DNA of 64,000 nt. Origin: an uncultured Chloroflexia bacterium (GTDB lineage Bacteria > Chloroflexota > Limnocylindria > Limnocylindrales > CSP1-4). The number at the start of each line of letters is the position of its first letter. Position 1 is the first letter of the stretch. Positions 7,472-16,335 of the stretch are shown piece by piece. Under the pieces are notes generated by a model. The model made no database searches. It was not told the origin of the DNA and saw only the letters and a list, made by a program, of their open reading frames with translations. The stretch is taken from the NCBI GenBank assembly GCA_963788685.1, contig CAWBHP010000004.1, forward strand, positions 147,095-211,094, written 5' to 3'. Both the position numbers and the translations under genes were made by a program.

Positions 7472-7930
7472 CTATCCGGCTTGTCGGTGGGGCAATCTGG
7501 CCTTCGTCAGCCAGAACTCATTGATGCACGACACGAGACTCTGGAACGCGTCCAACTGCAGCGGCTTGCTGACGTAGGCGTTGGCGTGGAGCTGATAGCT
7601 CTTCAAGATGTCCGCTTGCGCTCCGGACGTGGTCAGAATGACCGTGGGGATCGTCTTCAGGTTCGCGTCGTTCTTGATGCGAGCGAGGACCTCACGGCCG
7701 TCCATCTTGGGCAGATTGAGATCGAGCAGGATGAGATCGGGCCGTGGCGCGTCGGCGTGTACGGCCTCCTGCCTGACAAAGGCCATTGCCTCCACGCCAT
7801 CCGAGACGACGTGGAGACGGATCGCCATGTTGGCCTCGCGAAAGGCCTCCCGGGTCAGCCGTACGTCCCCGGGGTTGTCTTCGACTAACAGAACATCAAT
7901 CGCCGTGTCCTCGCCTTCGCTGCCTCTCAG
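7472..7930 (-). CDS. single-domain response regulator (CheY-like receiver); start codon uncertain
   Basis: IDVLLVEDNPGDVRLTREAF...DLILLDLNLPKMDGREVL...ILTTSG...AYVSKP. No ATG/GTG/TTG lies in frame ahead of the domain. Candidates are CTG 7930 (CTGA overlap with the kinase stop) or ATT 7900. Confidence 0.75.
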   Translation of the reverse strand: MRGSEGEDTAIDVLLVEDNPGDVRLTREAFREANMAIRLHVVSDGVEAMAFVRQEAVHADAPRPDLILLDLNLPKMDGREVLARIKNDANLKTIPTVILTTSGAQADILKSYQLHANAYVSKPLQLDAFQSLVSCINEFWLTKARLPHRQAG

Positions 7931-9480
7931 CTGCCTTTTCCACCGGCAAGGGCGAAGCGAAATGTCGACCCCTCCCCCGGTTTGGATTCGACCGAAATGC
8001 TGCCGCCATGGCGCTCGACGATCTTCTTGCAAATCGCGAGTCCAATGCCCGTGCCCGCGAACTCGTCCCGGCCATGCAGCCGTTGGAACACGCCGAAGAT
8101 CTTCTCGAAGTACAGCGGGTCGATCCCGAGTCCGTTGTCCCGCACGGAGAAGGTCCACGCCTTTGCGCCATTGCGGGTGGCGGAGACGTGGACTCGCGGG
8201 ACACCGGGATCCTGGTACTTGATGGCATTGCCGACGAGGTTCTGAAAGAGCTGGACGAGTTGCATCTCGTCCGCGAGGACCGTGGGCAGGGGATCGTGGG
8301 TCACGAGCGCGCCGCTCTCGCCGATGGCGCCACGCAGATTGAGAAGCGCCTGCTTGAGGGCTTCTTCGCTGGAGGTATCCAGGAGGTCTTGGCCCTTGGT
8401 GCCGACGCGCGAATAGGCGAGAAGATCGTCGATCAACCGTTGCATGCGGCTCGCCCCGTCGACCGCGAATGCGATGAACTCATCGGCGTCCGTGTCCAGC
8501 CGTCCCTTGTAGCGCCGGGACAGGAGCTGGGTGTAGCTCGCGACCATCCGGAGCGGCTCCTGGAGGTCGTGAGACGCGATGTAGGCGAACTGACCCAGCT
8601 CCTCGTTCGAGCGGTTCAGCTCCTCAACCGTCTGCAGGAGGTGCAGCTCCGCCGCCTTGCGGACGCTGATATCGCGGATGGCGGCGGTGACCAGAATGCC
8701 CTCGGCGCTTTCGAGCGGGCTGAGCATGATCTCGATCGGGAAGGCGCTGCCGTCCTTGCGCCGGCCGGTGAGCTCAATCCCGGTCCCGATCTGCTGGGCC
8801 AGGGCATCCTCGGCGGAGCGCAGGTCGTCGGCCAGGAGCCGCTCCGCGAAGCCCTCCGGAATGATGTTCTTGACCTGCTGCCCGACGAGCTCGTCACGGC
8901 GGTAGCCGAACTGCTTCTCGGCCTGGAGATTGAGCAGGACGATCTCGCCGGCCTGGTTCACCACGACGATCGCGTCCGGGGCCGCCTCGAGCAGCCCGCG
9001 GTAGCGAGCCTCCATATGGGCCAGGTGCAGCTCCGCTGCCTTGCGGACGCTGATATCGCGGATGGCGGCGGTGACGAGAATGCCCTCGGCGCTTTCGAGC
9101 GGGCTGAGCATGATCTCGATCGGGAAGGCGCTGCCGTCCTTGCGCCGGCCGGTGAGCTCAATCCCGGTCCCGATCTGCTGGGCCAGGGCATCCTCGGCGG
9201 AGCGCAGGTCGTCGGCCAGGAGCCGCTCCGCGAAGCCCTCCGGAATGATGTTCTTGACCTGCTGCCCGACGAGCTCGTCACGGCGGTAGCCGAACTGCTT
9301 CTCGGCCTGGAGATTGAGCAGGACGATCTCGCCGGCCTGGTTGACCACGACGATCGCGTCCGGGGCCGCCTCGAGCAGCCCGCGGTACTTCGCTCGAGAC
9401 TCCTTCCGTTCGCCCTCCGCCGTCAGCAGGCGATCCTGGAGCGGCGGCTTCTTTGACGCTATCGGCGTCCGTTCCGTCAC
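7927..9480 (-). CDS. sensor histidine kinase with two tandem, identical PAS domains
   Basis: 517 aa. A 122-aa PAS block (YRGLLEAAPDAIVVV...RDISVRKAAELHL) occurs twice, then HisKA (FAYIASHDLQEPLR) and HATPase_c (DNGLGI...GTGIGLAICKKIV). GTGA overlap with the upstream kinase. Confidence 0.9.
   Translation of the reverse strand: MTERTPIASKKPPLQDRLLTAEGERKESRAKYRGLLEAAPDAIVVVNQAGEIVLLNLQAEKQFGYRRDELVGQQVKNIIPEGFAERLLADDLRSAEDALAQQIGTGIELTGRRKDGSAFPIEIMLSPLESAEGILVTAAIRDISVRKAAELHLAHMEARYRGLLEAAPDAIVVVNQAGEIVLLNLQAEKQFGYRRDELVGQQVKNIIPEGFAERLLADDLRSAEDALAQQIGTGIELTGRRKDGSAFPIEIMLSPLESAEGILVTAAIRDISVRKAAELHLLQTVEELNRSNEELGQFAYIASHDLQEPLRMVASYTQLLSRRYKGRLDTDADEFIAFAVDGASRMQRLIDDLLAYSRVGTKGQDLLDTSSEEALKQALLNLRGAIGESGALVTHDPLPTVLADEMQLVQLFQNLVGNAIKYQDPGVPRVHVSATRNGAKAWTFSVRDNGLGIDPLYFEKIFGVFQRLHGRDEFAGTGIGLAICKKIVERHGGSISVESKPGEGSTFRFALAGGKGS
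8639..9387. repeat. 384-bp-period tandem duplication (about 1.95 copies) encoding the PAS domain
   Basis: 8639-9003 matches 9023-9387 with only three mismatches seen by eye (8653/9037, 8692/9076, 8959/9343). All three are third-codon-position synonymous changes. Confidence 0.9.
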
Positions 9481-11153
9481 AAATCGACCTGGCGAGCGGC
9501 AGCTGCGCGCCGCGATGGGATGGCGTGGAGCACGGCGTGGAGCAACTGACTGGAAGTCACAGGCTTGGACAGGAAGGTCGCGCCGCGCTCCGTCGCCCGT
9601 CGGATCTCGACGGTTTCCGCGGAGTAGCCGGACAGGAGCACGACGCCGAGCTGGGGGAACTCATTCATCATTTGCTCGGCGAGATCGGTGCCGGACATGT
9701 TGGGCATGACGATATCGGTGACCAGGAGGTCGAATGGCGGGGAGATGCGGGCGGTGGCGATCGCCTCCACGCCGTCCGACACGGCGAGGACGTCGTAGCC
9801 GGCTCGCTCGAGGAAAAGGGTCGTGATCTCGCGGACCGCGGGGTCGTCCTCGGCGACGAGTACTCGGCCCGCCCCAGCGACCAGCCCCGCCGAGGGCAAC
9901 AACGGTTGCTCGTCGACGGCGCCGTCGACTCGCGGAAAGTACAGCCTGAAGACGGACCCAACCCCGGGCTCGGAGTCGACCGAGATGTGGCCGCCGGCCT
10001 GCTGGACGATTCCGTACGTCGTGGCCAGCCCGAGGCCGGTTCCGTGGCCGACCGGCTTGGTGGTGAAGAACGGCTCGAACATGTGCTCCAGCGTCGCATG
10101 GTCCATGCCGATCCCGGTATCGCTGACCGTGAGACAGACATACGACCCAGGAATGACCTCAGCGCGCTCCGCGGTTGCGCCGTCGACCGCAGCGTTGGTG
10201 CTCGAGATCGTGACCGAGCCCCCGTTCGGCATGGCGTCGCGGGCGTTGACGACCAAGTTGACGAGGATCTGATCGATCTGCCCGCCGTCGGCGTAGATGT
10301 TACCGACGCCAGGGTCGAGCTTGAGGACCAGCCGCAAGTCCTCGCCGATCAGCTGGCGGACCATCGGCTCGATCCTGGCGACGGCGGAGTTGATGTTGAG
10401 GACGTTGACCGTGACGATCTGCCGACGGCTGAACGCGAGGAGTTGCCCGGTCAGCGCGGTGGCGCGCTCGGCGGCGTGACTGATCTCGTTGACGTTGAGC
10501 AGCAGGCGATCCGGCGCGAGACGGTCGGGATCATTCGAGGCAAGGTCCTGGGACAGGAGCTCGGCGTAACCGTGGACCGCGAAGAGGATGTTGTTGAAGT
10601 CGTGGGCGATGCCTCCAGCCAGCCGCCCGAGCGATTCGACCTTCTGGGCCTGGAGCAACTGGTTCGCGGACACGATGCCCGCGTCCTCGAGGGTCTTGCG
10701 CTCGATGGCGTATCGCATGGCTCGCAGCAGGCCGTGCGCGTCGATCCGACCCTTGATCAGATAGTCCTGCGCGCCCTCATGCAGGGCCTCGACGGCGAGC
10801 GACTCGTCATCCAGGCCGGTCAGGACGACAAGTGGGATGGTGGGCGCCGCGGCGTGGGCGCGCCTCACGGCTTCGAGGCCCTGGGCATCGGGCAGTCCCA
10901 GGTCCAGGAGGATCACGTCGACCTTGCGCTCGGCAAGATGTTTCTCAGCATCGCTCATGCACACGACGTGCGTCAGTTCGGTGTTGTGCGAGTCCTGCTC
11001 GTTGAACATCTCGCGGAGCAGTCGAGCGTCTCCGGGATTGTCTTCCACGACGAGGAGAAGCCGCCTGACGGCCTGGCCGTTGGAGCCCTGAACGTCAACG
11101 ATCGTCGTAACACCGGCCGATGCGGGATCCCCGTTTCGATCGTCTCTGGGCAC
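9477..11153 (-). CDS. hybrid sensor kinase (REC-HisKA-HATPase-REC)
   Basis: 558 aa. N-terminal receiver [15 protein letters not shown]...ILLDLGLPD, His[13 protein letters not shown], HATPase DTGIGM...[14 protein letters not shown]-terminal receiver [12 protein letters not shown]...[12 protein letters not shown]. Confidence 0.9.
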   Translation of the reverse strand: MPRDDRNGDPASAGVTTIVDVQGSNGQAVRRLLLVVEDNPGDARLLREMFNEQDSHNTELTHVVCMSDAEKHLAERKVDVILLDLGLPDAQGLEAVRRAHAAAPTIPLVVLTGLDDESLAVEALHEGAQDYLIKGRIDAHGLLRAMRYAIERKTLEDAGIVSANQLLQAQKVESLGRLAGGIAHDFNNILFAVHGYAELLSQDLASNDPDRLAPDRLLLNVNEISHAAERATALTGQLLAFSRRQIVTVNVLNINSAVARIEPMVRQLIGEDLRLVLKLDPGVGNIYADGGQIDQILVNLVVNARDAMPNGGSVTISSTNAAVDGATAERAEVIPGSYVCLTVSDTGIGMDHATLEHMFEPFFTTKPVGHGTGLGLATTYGIVQQAGGHISVDSEPGVGSVFRLYFPRVDGAVDEQPLLPSAGLVAGAGRVLVAEDDPAVREITTLFLERAGYDVLAVSDGVEAIATARISPPFDLLVTDIVMPNMSGTDLAEQMMNEFPQLGVVLLSGYSAETVEIRRATERGATFLSKPVTSSQLLHAVLHAIPSRRAAAARQVDL

Positions 11154-11241
11154 TGGCCCCCTTTGAGCGGCGGTTGTGGGCGCGGTAGGGCGCGCGGATA
11201 CGCCGCGTCCCTAACTCAACTTACGCTTGAGTCCGGCGAGC

Positions 11242-11262
11242 CCACATCGATGAAAACCCTGC
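11242..11262 (-). promoter_or_regulatory. second copy of the 21-nt box GCAGGGTTTTCATCGATGTGG, 89 nt upstream of the hybrid-kinase start
   Basis: Identical to 6726-6746 and followed 18 nt later by TAAGTT. Confidence 0.5.
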
Positions 11263-11450
11263 GTGCAGCCCGTTGCGGAACATATTCCTCGCCACGCTGA
11301 GGGTGCTGGTGCAATCGTGAGGCGCCGCCGGTCTGAGCCTGTCACGCGGACCACCCGAGTGATCGTCCTGCGTCCACAAGGTGGCTTTGTGACACCGTCG
11401 GGTGTCGGAACAGAGGGAGTTGATCGTCCACGGCTTGACAGAGGGCGTCG

Positions 11451-11891
11451 ATGGGTGACGAGACACCTCCAGGACCAGCGAGCGGAGATCCGGGGTCGTC
11501 CAACCCTCCGATAGCCGGCCTTGACGAGGACGTCGTCGATCAGGTCCCGGGTCTCGGGGCGACGTTGATCCTAACCCCGACGCGCGCCGTTCTCATCCGA
11601 CAGGGCGCCCAATACCGCCCTCGAAGCGGGGTCAGGTCGTGGGCCTACAGCACGATACGCGACGTGCAGGTCGTGCCCCCGCGCCATGGGAACGGGCGTG
11701 TCGTCATCCGCCTTGGGCCATATCCATGGCAGACGGTCAACCTCTTCGTTGACGCCACGGAATGGACGGCGGCCGAGCGCGTTGTTGGCAAGATCCGCGC
11801 CTTCGTTTCGCGGACGAGGCGATCGCAGCGGAGCGCGGGTTCGTGGGAACCCCCCGAGACTGGCAGTGACTACCGTCGCCCTCCTCGCTGA
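11451..11891 (+). CDS. hypothetical protein
   Basis: 146-aa ORF. The central part LILTPTRAVLIRQGAQYRPRSGVRSWAYSTIRDVQVVPPRHGNGRVVIRLG looks like a folded (possibly PH-like) domain. No firm family call. Confidence 0.5.
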   Translation: MGDETPPGPASGDPGSSNPPIAGLDEDVVDQVPGLGATLILTPTRAVLIRQGAQYRPRSGVRSWAYSTIRDVQVVPPRHGNGRVVIRLGPYPWQTVNLFVDATEWTAAERVVGKIRAFVSRTRRSQRSAGSWEPPETGSDYRRPPR

Positions 11892-11972
11892 GCCCTGCCC
11901 ACCGCCGGAGCCGGGGCGGCGGTGGGAGGGTCTGTCGACCCGGGCGCTCACCGCCAGGAAGCCTGCGACCTG

Positions 11973-12365
11973 ATGTCAGACGAGGACCTCCCCCCAGGGC
12001 ATCCGGTCGTGCTCATCGCCGACGACGAACCCGCAATTCGTCGCCTCTATTCACAGGTTCTCTCTACGGCAGGCTTCGAAGTGGTCGAGGCCGTCGACGG
12101 AGAGGATGCCCTGGCCAAGCTGGCCACGATCGGGGCATCGCTCGTCCTCCTTGACGCCTCGATGCCAAGGCTCGACGGACTCGGAGTGATCCGGCGCTTG
12201 CGATCCGATCCGGCAACCGCGCGGCTGCCGATCATCCTCGTCACAGGATCCGGCGAGGAGGCGAACCGTGTCCGGGATCTCGATCTCGGCGTCGACGCCT
12301 GCCTGGTCAAACCCATCCCGATCAATGAGCTCGTAGCGTCCGTTCGTGCCCACGCGCGCCGCTGA
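11973..12365 (+). CDS. orphan single-domain response regulator
   Basis: MSDEDLPPGHPVVLIADDEPAIRRLY...LVLLDASMPRLDGLGVIRRL...ILVTGSG...CLVKP. ATG 11973 preferred over 11922. Confidence 0.85.
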   Translation: MSDEDLPPGHPVVLIADDEPAIRRLYSQVLSTAGFEVVEAVDGEDALAKLATIGASLVLLDASMPRLDGLGVIRRLRSDPATARLPIILVTGSGEEANRVRDLDLGVDACLVKPIPINELVASVRAHARR

Positions 12366-12401
12366 TCCGGGGTTCTGTCGCTGAGTCTGGCACGCTTAGC
12401 G

Positions 12402-13103
12402 GTGATGACGACACGAGCCCGCGCCGACAAGACCCCGCGCCGCGTGCCGCTCTCGCATCGCCGGGCGCTCATCGCCCGCCACACGCGGCTGCGATCGGTC
12501 GCGGGCCTGACGGGAGTAAGCCTCCACCTGGCTGACGAGCTGGCGCCGGTCTGGCGCGCCACCGAATCTGCGCTGGGCGTGACCGGCGCACCGATCCCGT
12601 TCTGGGCGTTCGCGTGGGCCGGTGGCCTGGCGATCGCGCGCTACCTCGAGGAGAACCCGGACGAGGTGCGCGGCAAGCAGGTGGTCGACGTGGCGACGGG
12701 ATCCGGCCTGTGCGCGATCGTGGCGATGCGCCTGGGCGCCGCGAGGTCGTCCGCAATCGACATCGACCCGTTCGCTGAGGCGGCCGTGGCGCTCAACGCT
12801 CGGGCGAACGGCGTGAAGGTGGGCTTCGTCGGTCGGGACGTGCTTGACGATGACCCGCCCGATGCGGATGTGCTCCTCGCCGGCGACTCCTGGTACGAGG
12901 GCCCGCTGGCGGAGCGCGTCCTGCCCTGGCTACGTCGAGCGGCGGCCAGCGGCACGCGGGTCCTCGTCGGGGACCCCGGCCGGCGGTACCTGCCGGCGAC
13001 TGGCTTCATCGTGCTCGCCAGCTACGAGGTCCACACGACCACCCAGCTGGAGGATCGGGAGGTGCTGCCGGCCCGGGTGTTCACGCTGGCGGGCTCCGCG
13101 TAG
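12402..13103 (+). CDS. class I SAM-dependent methyltransferase
   Basis: 233 aa. VVDVATGSGLCAIVAMRLGA...AIDIDPFA...DVLLAGDSWYE matches SAM-binding motifs I and post-I. Confidence 0.75.
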   Translation: MMTTRARADKTPRRVPLSHRRALIARHTRLRSVAGLTGVSLHLADELAPVWRATESALGVTGAPIPFWAFAWAGGLAIARYLEENPDEVRGKQVVDVATGSGLCAIVAMRLGAARSSAIDIDPFAEAAVALNARANGVKVGFVGRDVLDDDPPDADVLLAGDSWYEGPLAERVLPWLRRAAASGTRVLVGDPGRRYLPATGFIVLASYEVHTTTQLEDREVLPARVFTLAGSA

Positions 13104-13105
13104 CG

Positions 13106-13453
13106 TCAGTGCAACTCGCGCTGCCATCCAGGGGGCACGCGTTCGGCTGGTCCCGGCACGGGCTGGTCGAGCGGGTGATGGTGGGGCGGCGCCAGGACGG
13201 GACCCTCAAGGAATTGCTCCGTTGCGTAGTCCCAAAGCCAGTCCTCGCCGGGCTCGTAGCTCTGGACGACCGCATGCTGCGTATCGGCGGCGTGATGGCT
13301 GGCGTGCTGGGAGGGCGACGAGTCGCAACAACCGACGTGGCCGCACTGGGCGCAACGGCGGAGGTGGAACCACCAGCCATCGGTTGCGAGGCACTCGACG
13401 CAGCCGTCGCCGCTCGGCGGCACCTCTGGGTCGATGTCGAACTTGTCCGTCAT
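13106..13453 (-). CDS. UBP-type zinc-finger domain protein
   Basis: CVECLATDGWWFHLRRCAQCGHVGCCDSSPSQHASHH. ATG 13453 is preceded by a GGGAAGG SD. Confidence 0.75.
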   Translation of the reverse strand: MTDKFDIDPEVPPSGDGCVECLATDGWWFHLRRCAQCGHVGCCDSSPSQHASHHAADTQHAVVQSYEPGEDWLWDYATEQFLEGPVLAPPHHHPLDQPVPGPAERVPPGWQRELH

Positions 13454-13521
13454 TTGGTCGCCTTCCCGTGCTGCCTCAGCCAACGTGCAGTCGACTGTGA
13501 CCTACTTCAGTGCGCGCTGCC

Positions 13522-14016
13522 CTAGAGCCACGTGTTGTCGTGGCGCCGATAGAAGTCGGCCATCTCCTCGTCGTTCGGCCGGCCGGATCGGGCGAACTCG
13601 GCGAGGCCCTCGAAATAGCCCTCGCGGGGAGCGCCCGGTGCAAAGTGCAGGAGCATGGTCGCCGGTTCGCCTGACTCATTGCGGAACCCGTGGATCCCGC
13701 CGATCGGGACGTGGACGAAGTCACCGGGCCGGGTCTCGATCCATCGCGCTCCGTCGTAGATCCGGACGGTCCCAGTGAGGATGTAGAACGACTCGCTGAT
13801 CGACCGATGGAAGTGCGGGCCCGGGCCGCTCGGCTCCGGCCCCATCACCCAGCGGTAGAGCCCGAACAGACCATCGGTCGAGGCTCCCGTGGCCAGGTAA
13901 TGGGCCGTGTTGCCATTGGCATAGGTCACTTCGGGCGCCTGGTCGGCCGGGCGGTAGAGGGCGCTGACCTCGCCCTTGTCGCCGAGGTATCGCGGTTCCG
14001 GATACGTCATCGCCAT
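13522..14016 (-). CDS. cupin-domain protein
   Basis: GPHFHRSISESFYILTGTVRIY...GDFVHVPIGGIHGFRN (cupin motifs 1 and 2). The start is 14016 or 14010. Confidence 0.8.
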   Translation of the reverse strand: MAMTYPEPRYLGDKGEVSALYRPADQAPEVTYANGNTAHYLATGASTDGLFGLYRWVMGPEPSGPGPHFHRSISESFYILTGTVRIYDGARWIETRPGDFVHVPIGGIHGFRNESGEPATMLLHFAPGAPREGYFEGLAEFARSGRPNDEEMADFYRRHDNTWL

Positions 14017-14076
14017 CGATCCTTCCGCTGTTGAAACGACTGGCACGAGGATATTCGGTGGCGACGCCTCTCGAGC

Positions 14077-15279
14077 TCAGACCGTGATCACGAGCTTTCC
14101 TCGGGCGTGTCGCGTTTCCAGGTACCGGATTGCCTCTGGAACCTCGCATAGGGGATACGTCCGGTCGATGACGGGGGTGACCTTGCCTGCTTCGATGAGC
14201 TCTGTCAGGACCTGCAGGTCGTCCTTGCTCTGCCTGCTGTACACGGGCACCAGCCGCTGACTGACGAACGGTGATGCGACGATCGTCGAGAGGATCTGGC
14301 CCGCAGGCCCGAGCCATCGGCCACCTCCGCCGCCGGTCACGACGAGCGTGCCCTTCGGAGCCAACGCCCGCCTGAATGCCCCGAGCGAGCGGTTGCCCAC
14401 CGTGTCGAGGATCAAGTCGTATCGCTGCGTGCCGCCGGTGAAGTCCTCCCGGGTGTAGTCGATGGCGTGGTCCGCTCCGATCGAGCGAACCAGGTCCACG
14501 TTCCTCGTACTGCAGACGCCGGTCACCTCGGTGCCGAACGACTTGGCGATCTGGACCGCGAACGTTCCGACCCCGCCCGACGCACCATTGATCAGGACCT
14601 TCTGCCCGGCCGCGATTCTGCCCGGGTCGCGCAGAGCCTGAAGGGCGGTCAACGCTGCCATCGGCACCGCTGCCGCTTGCTCGAAGGTCAGGTTGGTCGG
14701 CTTGAGTGCGAGCAGGTTCTCAGGGAAGCTGATGTATTCCGCAAAGCCACCCGCGTCGACTTCGGCGAAGACCTCGTCACCCGGGCGAAATCGCGTCACG
14801 TCCTTGCCTACCGCCTCGACCTGGCCGGCCATGTCGCTTCCGAGGACGGCAACCCTCTTCGGTTTGCGCAGGCCCGTTGTCACCCGCATCACGTACGGGT
14901 CGCCGCGCATGACGCGCCAGTCAGCGGGATTGGCGGCGGCTGCCCGGATCCGGATCAGGACCTCGTTGGCCTTGACCACCGGCTTGTCGATCTCGTTGAG
15001 TTCAAGGACATCCGGGGAGCCGTAGCTCGAAAAGACGATGGCTTTCATCGCGGTGATGACTCGCCTCTCCGGGTAGTGAAAGACCTCGTCGAGCGGCACG
15101 TTGAAGGCTCGCGCGATCTGGAACGCCATCTCGAGGGTGGGGGAGTAGCGACCCTGCTCGATGGCGATGATGGTCTGGCGCGTGACCCCGATCCGATCCG
15201 CGAGGTCCGCTTGGGTCATCTCGCCGTTCGCGAACCTGAGCGATCGGATGTCATTGGTGACCCTCGTCGGCTTGCCCAT
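14077..15279 (-). CDS. single 400-aa ORF: N-terminal XRE/YozG-like HTH (~77 aa) joined in frame to an NAD(P)-dependent MDR oxidoreductase
   Basis: HTH MTQADLADRIGVTRQTIIAIEQGRYSPTLEMAFQIARAFNVPLDEVF. Then ...ERRVITA-MKAIVFSSYGSPDVLEL...INGASGGVGTFAVQIAK. No stop separates the parts. The internal ATG at 15048 sits in an ATGA context. Confidence 0.75.
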   Translation of the reverse strand: MGKPTRVTNDIRSLRFANGEMTQADLADRIGVTRQTIIAIEQGRYSPTLEMAFQIARAFNVPLDEVFHYPERRVITAMKAIVFSSYGSPDVLELNEIDKPVVKANEVLIRIRAAAANPADWRVMRGDPYVMRVTTGLRKPKRVAVLGSDMAGQVEAVGKDVTRFRPGDEVFAEVDAGGFAEYISFPENLLALKPTNLTFEQAAAVPMAALTALQALRDPGRIAAGQKVLINGASGGVGTFAVQIAKSFGTEVTGVCSTRNVDLVRSIGADHAIDYTREDFTGGTQRYDLILDTVGNRSLGAFRRALAPKGTLVVTGGGGGRWLGPAGQILSTIVASPFVSQRLVPVYSRQSKDDLQVLTELIEAGKVTPVIDRTYPLCEVPEAIRYLETRHARGKLVITV

Positions 15280-15281
15280 GG

Positions 15282-15701
15282 CTAGAAGCCTCGGCGATAG
15301 GCGACCAGCTTCACGGTCGTAGCAGCGATCGCCGATGCGATGAACGCGAGGTAGATCGCATTGGCGATCCAGAAGTAGTCGACCTCAGCCATCGCCAGTC
15401 CGAACGGCACCAACAAGCACACCGACAAGACGATGCCGCCGACATACTCGCCAAAGCGATTGATGTCCTTGTCACGCTGGTCCGACTTGCCGGCTTCCTT
15501 GGGCGAGGAGATCGCGACCGCGATGTTCGCCACGATGGCGATCACGATCGCCACACCGATGGCGGCGAGTAGGGGCCCCTGGTACGCGATGTCGGTGACG
15601 GCCGTGGTCTGAACCTGCCCGACGATCGTCGCGAAATAGATCACCGGGATCGCGACTGCGAGCACGGCGTAGATCCAGGTGCTCTTCTCTTCGAAGGACA
15701 T
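15282..15701 (-). CDS. DUF2178-like membrane protein
   Basis: MSFEEKSTWIYAVLAVAIPVIYF... with four hydrophobic segments. GGGAGCAAGGA SD before ATG 15701. It sits upstream of the HTH, as is typical for this family pairing. Confidence 0.7.
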   Translation of the reverse strand: MSFEEKSTWIYAVLAVAIPVIYFATIVGQVQTTAVTDIAYQGPLLAAIGVAIVIAIVANIAVAISSPKEAGKSDQRDKDINRFGEYVGGIVLSVCLLVPFGLAMAEVDYFWIANAIYLAFIASAIAATTVKLVAYRRGF

Positions 15702-15738
15702 TCCTTGCTCCCTGATGTAAAGCATCGTTGACATGGGT

Positions 15739-15767
15739 AATGTAAAGCGAGACTTACATCATGTCAA
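15739..15767 (-). promoter_or_regulatory. sigma70-type promoter TTGACA-N17-TACATT for the DUF2178/HTH-MDR operon
   Basis: Minus-strand TTGACA = 15767-15762. TACATT = 15744-15739. GCTTTACAT is repeated downstream. Confidence 0.6.
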
Positions 15768-15871
15768 GAGTGTTTTACGCAACAGCCAGCCAGTTCAGCC
15801 GAGACGCAAACAAGCCCGACGTCCCAGCTGGGGACATCGGGCTTGCGACGTCGATCTCGACGCTGCTTGGA

Positions 15872-16279
15872 TCAGGCGGACGCCGGGACCTGCGCTCGAC
15901 GGGGCGTTGTGGCTGTCGTGCCGTCCGGCCCAGCGAAGACGTACGCGATCATCGCGATGATCCCGAGATTGAAGATCCCGAGCAGCAGCAGGCCGACGAA
16001 CCACGTCCTGGTCTCGAGCTGTGAGGTGCTCAGCAATGCCCCGATCCACGACACGAGGCCGCCGATCAGCCCGCCGGTGAACGCCACACCGCCGACGACC
16101 CCGAACCCGAGCAGCAGCCACGCGAGCCCGCTGCCCTGGACCCCGACGATATCGGGACCGTTCATGACGAAGACGTCGTTGGCGATCGCCAACCAGACAC
16201 TGGCAATCGCGATGATGGCGCCTGCGCCGACGGTGATCGCGCTGCCGATGAAGAGCTTCGTGACTGTTGCCTTGGACAT
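15872..16279 (-). CDS. hypothetical integral membrane protein (135 aa)
   Basis: MSKATVTKLFIGSAITVGAGAIIAIASVWLAI... with four TM-like segments. AAAGGAAACC lies before ATG 16279. The rest of the 478-aa track ORF is an out-of-frame artefact over the MDR gene. Confidence 0.65.
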   Translation of the reverse strand: MSKATVTKLFIGSAITVGAGAIIAIASVWLAIANDVFVMNGPDIVGVQGSGLAWLLLGFGVVGGVAFTGGLIGGLVSWIGALLSTSQLETRTWFVGLLLLGIFNLGIIAMIAYVFAGPDGTTATTPRRAQVPASA

Positions 16280-16335
16280 TTCTTGGTTTCCTTTCGGGTT
16301 GTCTAGTGGGAGAGGGGATGTGATCGTGATGGGAG

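Noticed and set aside
8639-9387. The tandem repeat as a possible CRISPR array or mobile-element terminal repeat
   Set aside because: There are only two copies of a 384-bp unit with no spacers. It lies in frame inside a kinase gene and encodes a PAS domain.
7786-11300. Long plus-strand ORFs (7786-9456, 556 aa; 9453-11300, 615 aa) opposite the two kinase genes
   Set aside because: Their translations are R/G/D/L-rich with no recognisable domains. The minus-strand frames encode complete PAS/HisKA/HATPase/REC proteins. These are typical shadow ORFs of GC-rich DNA.
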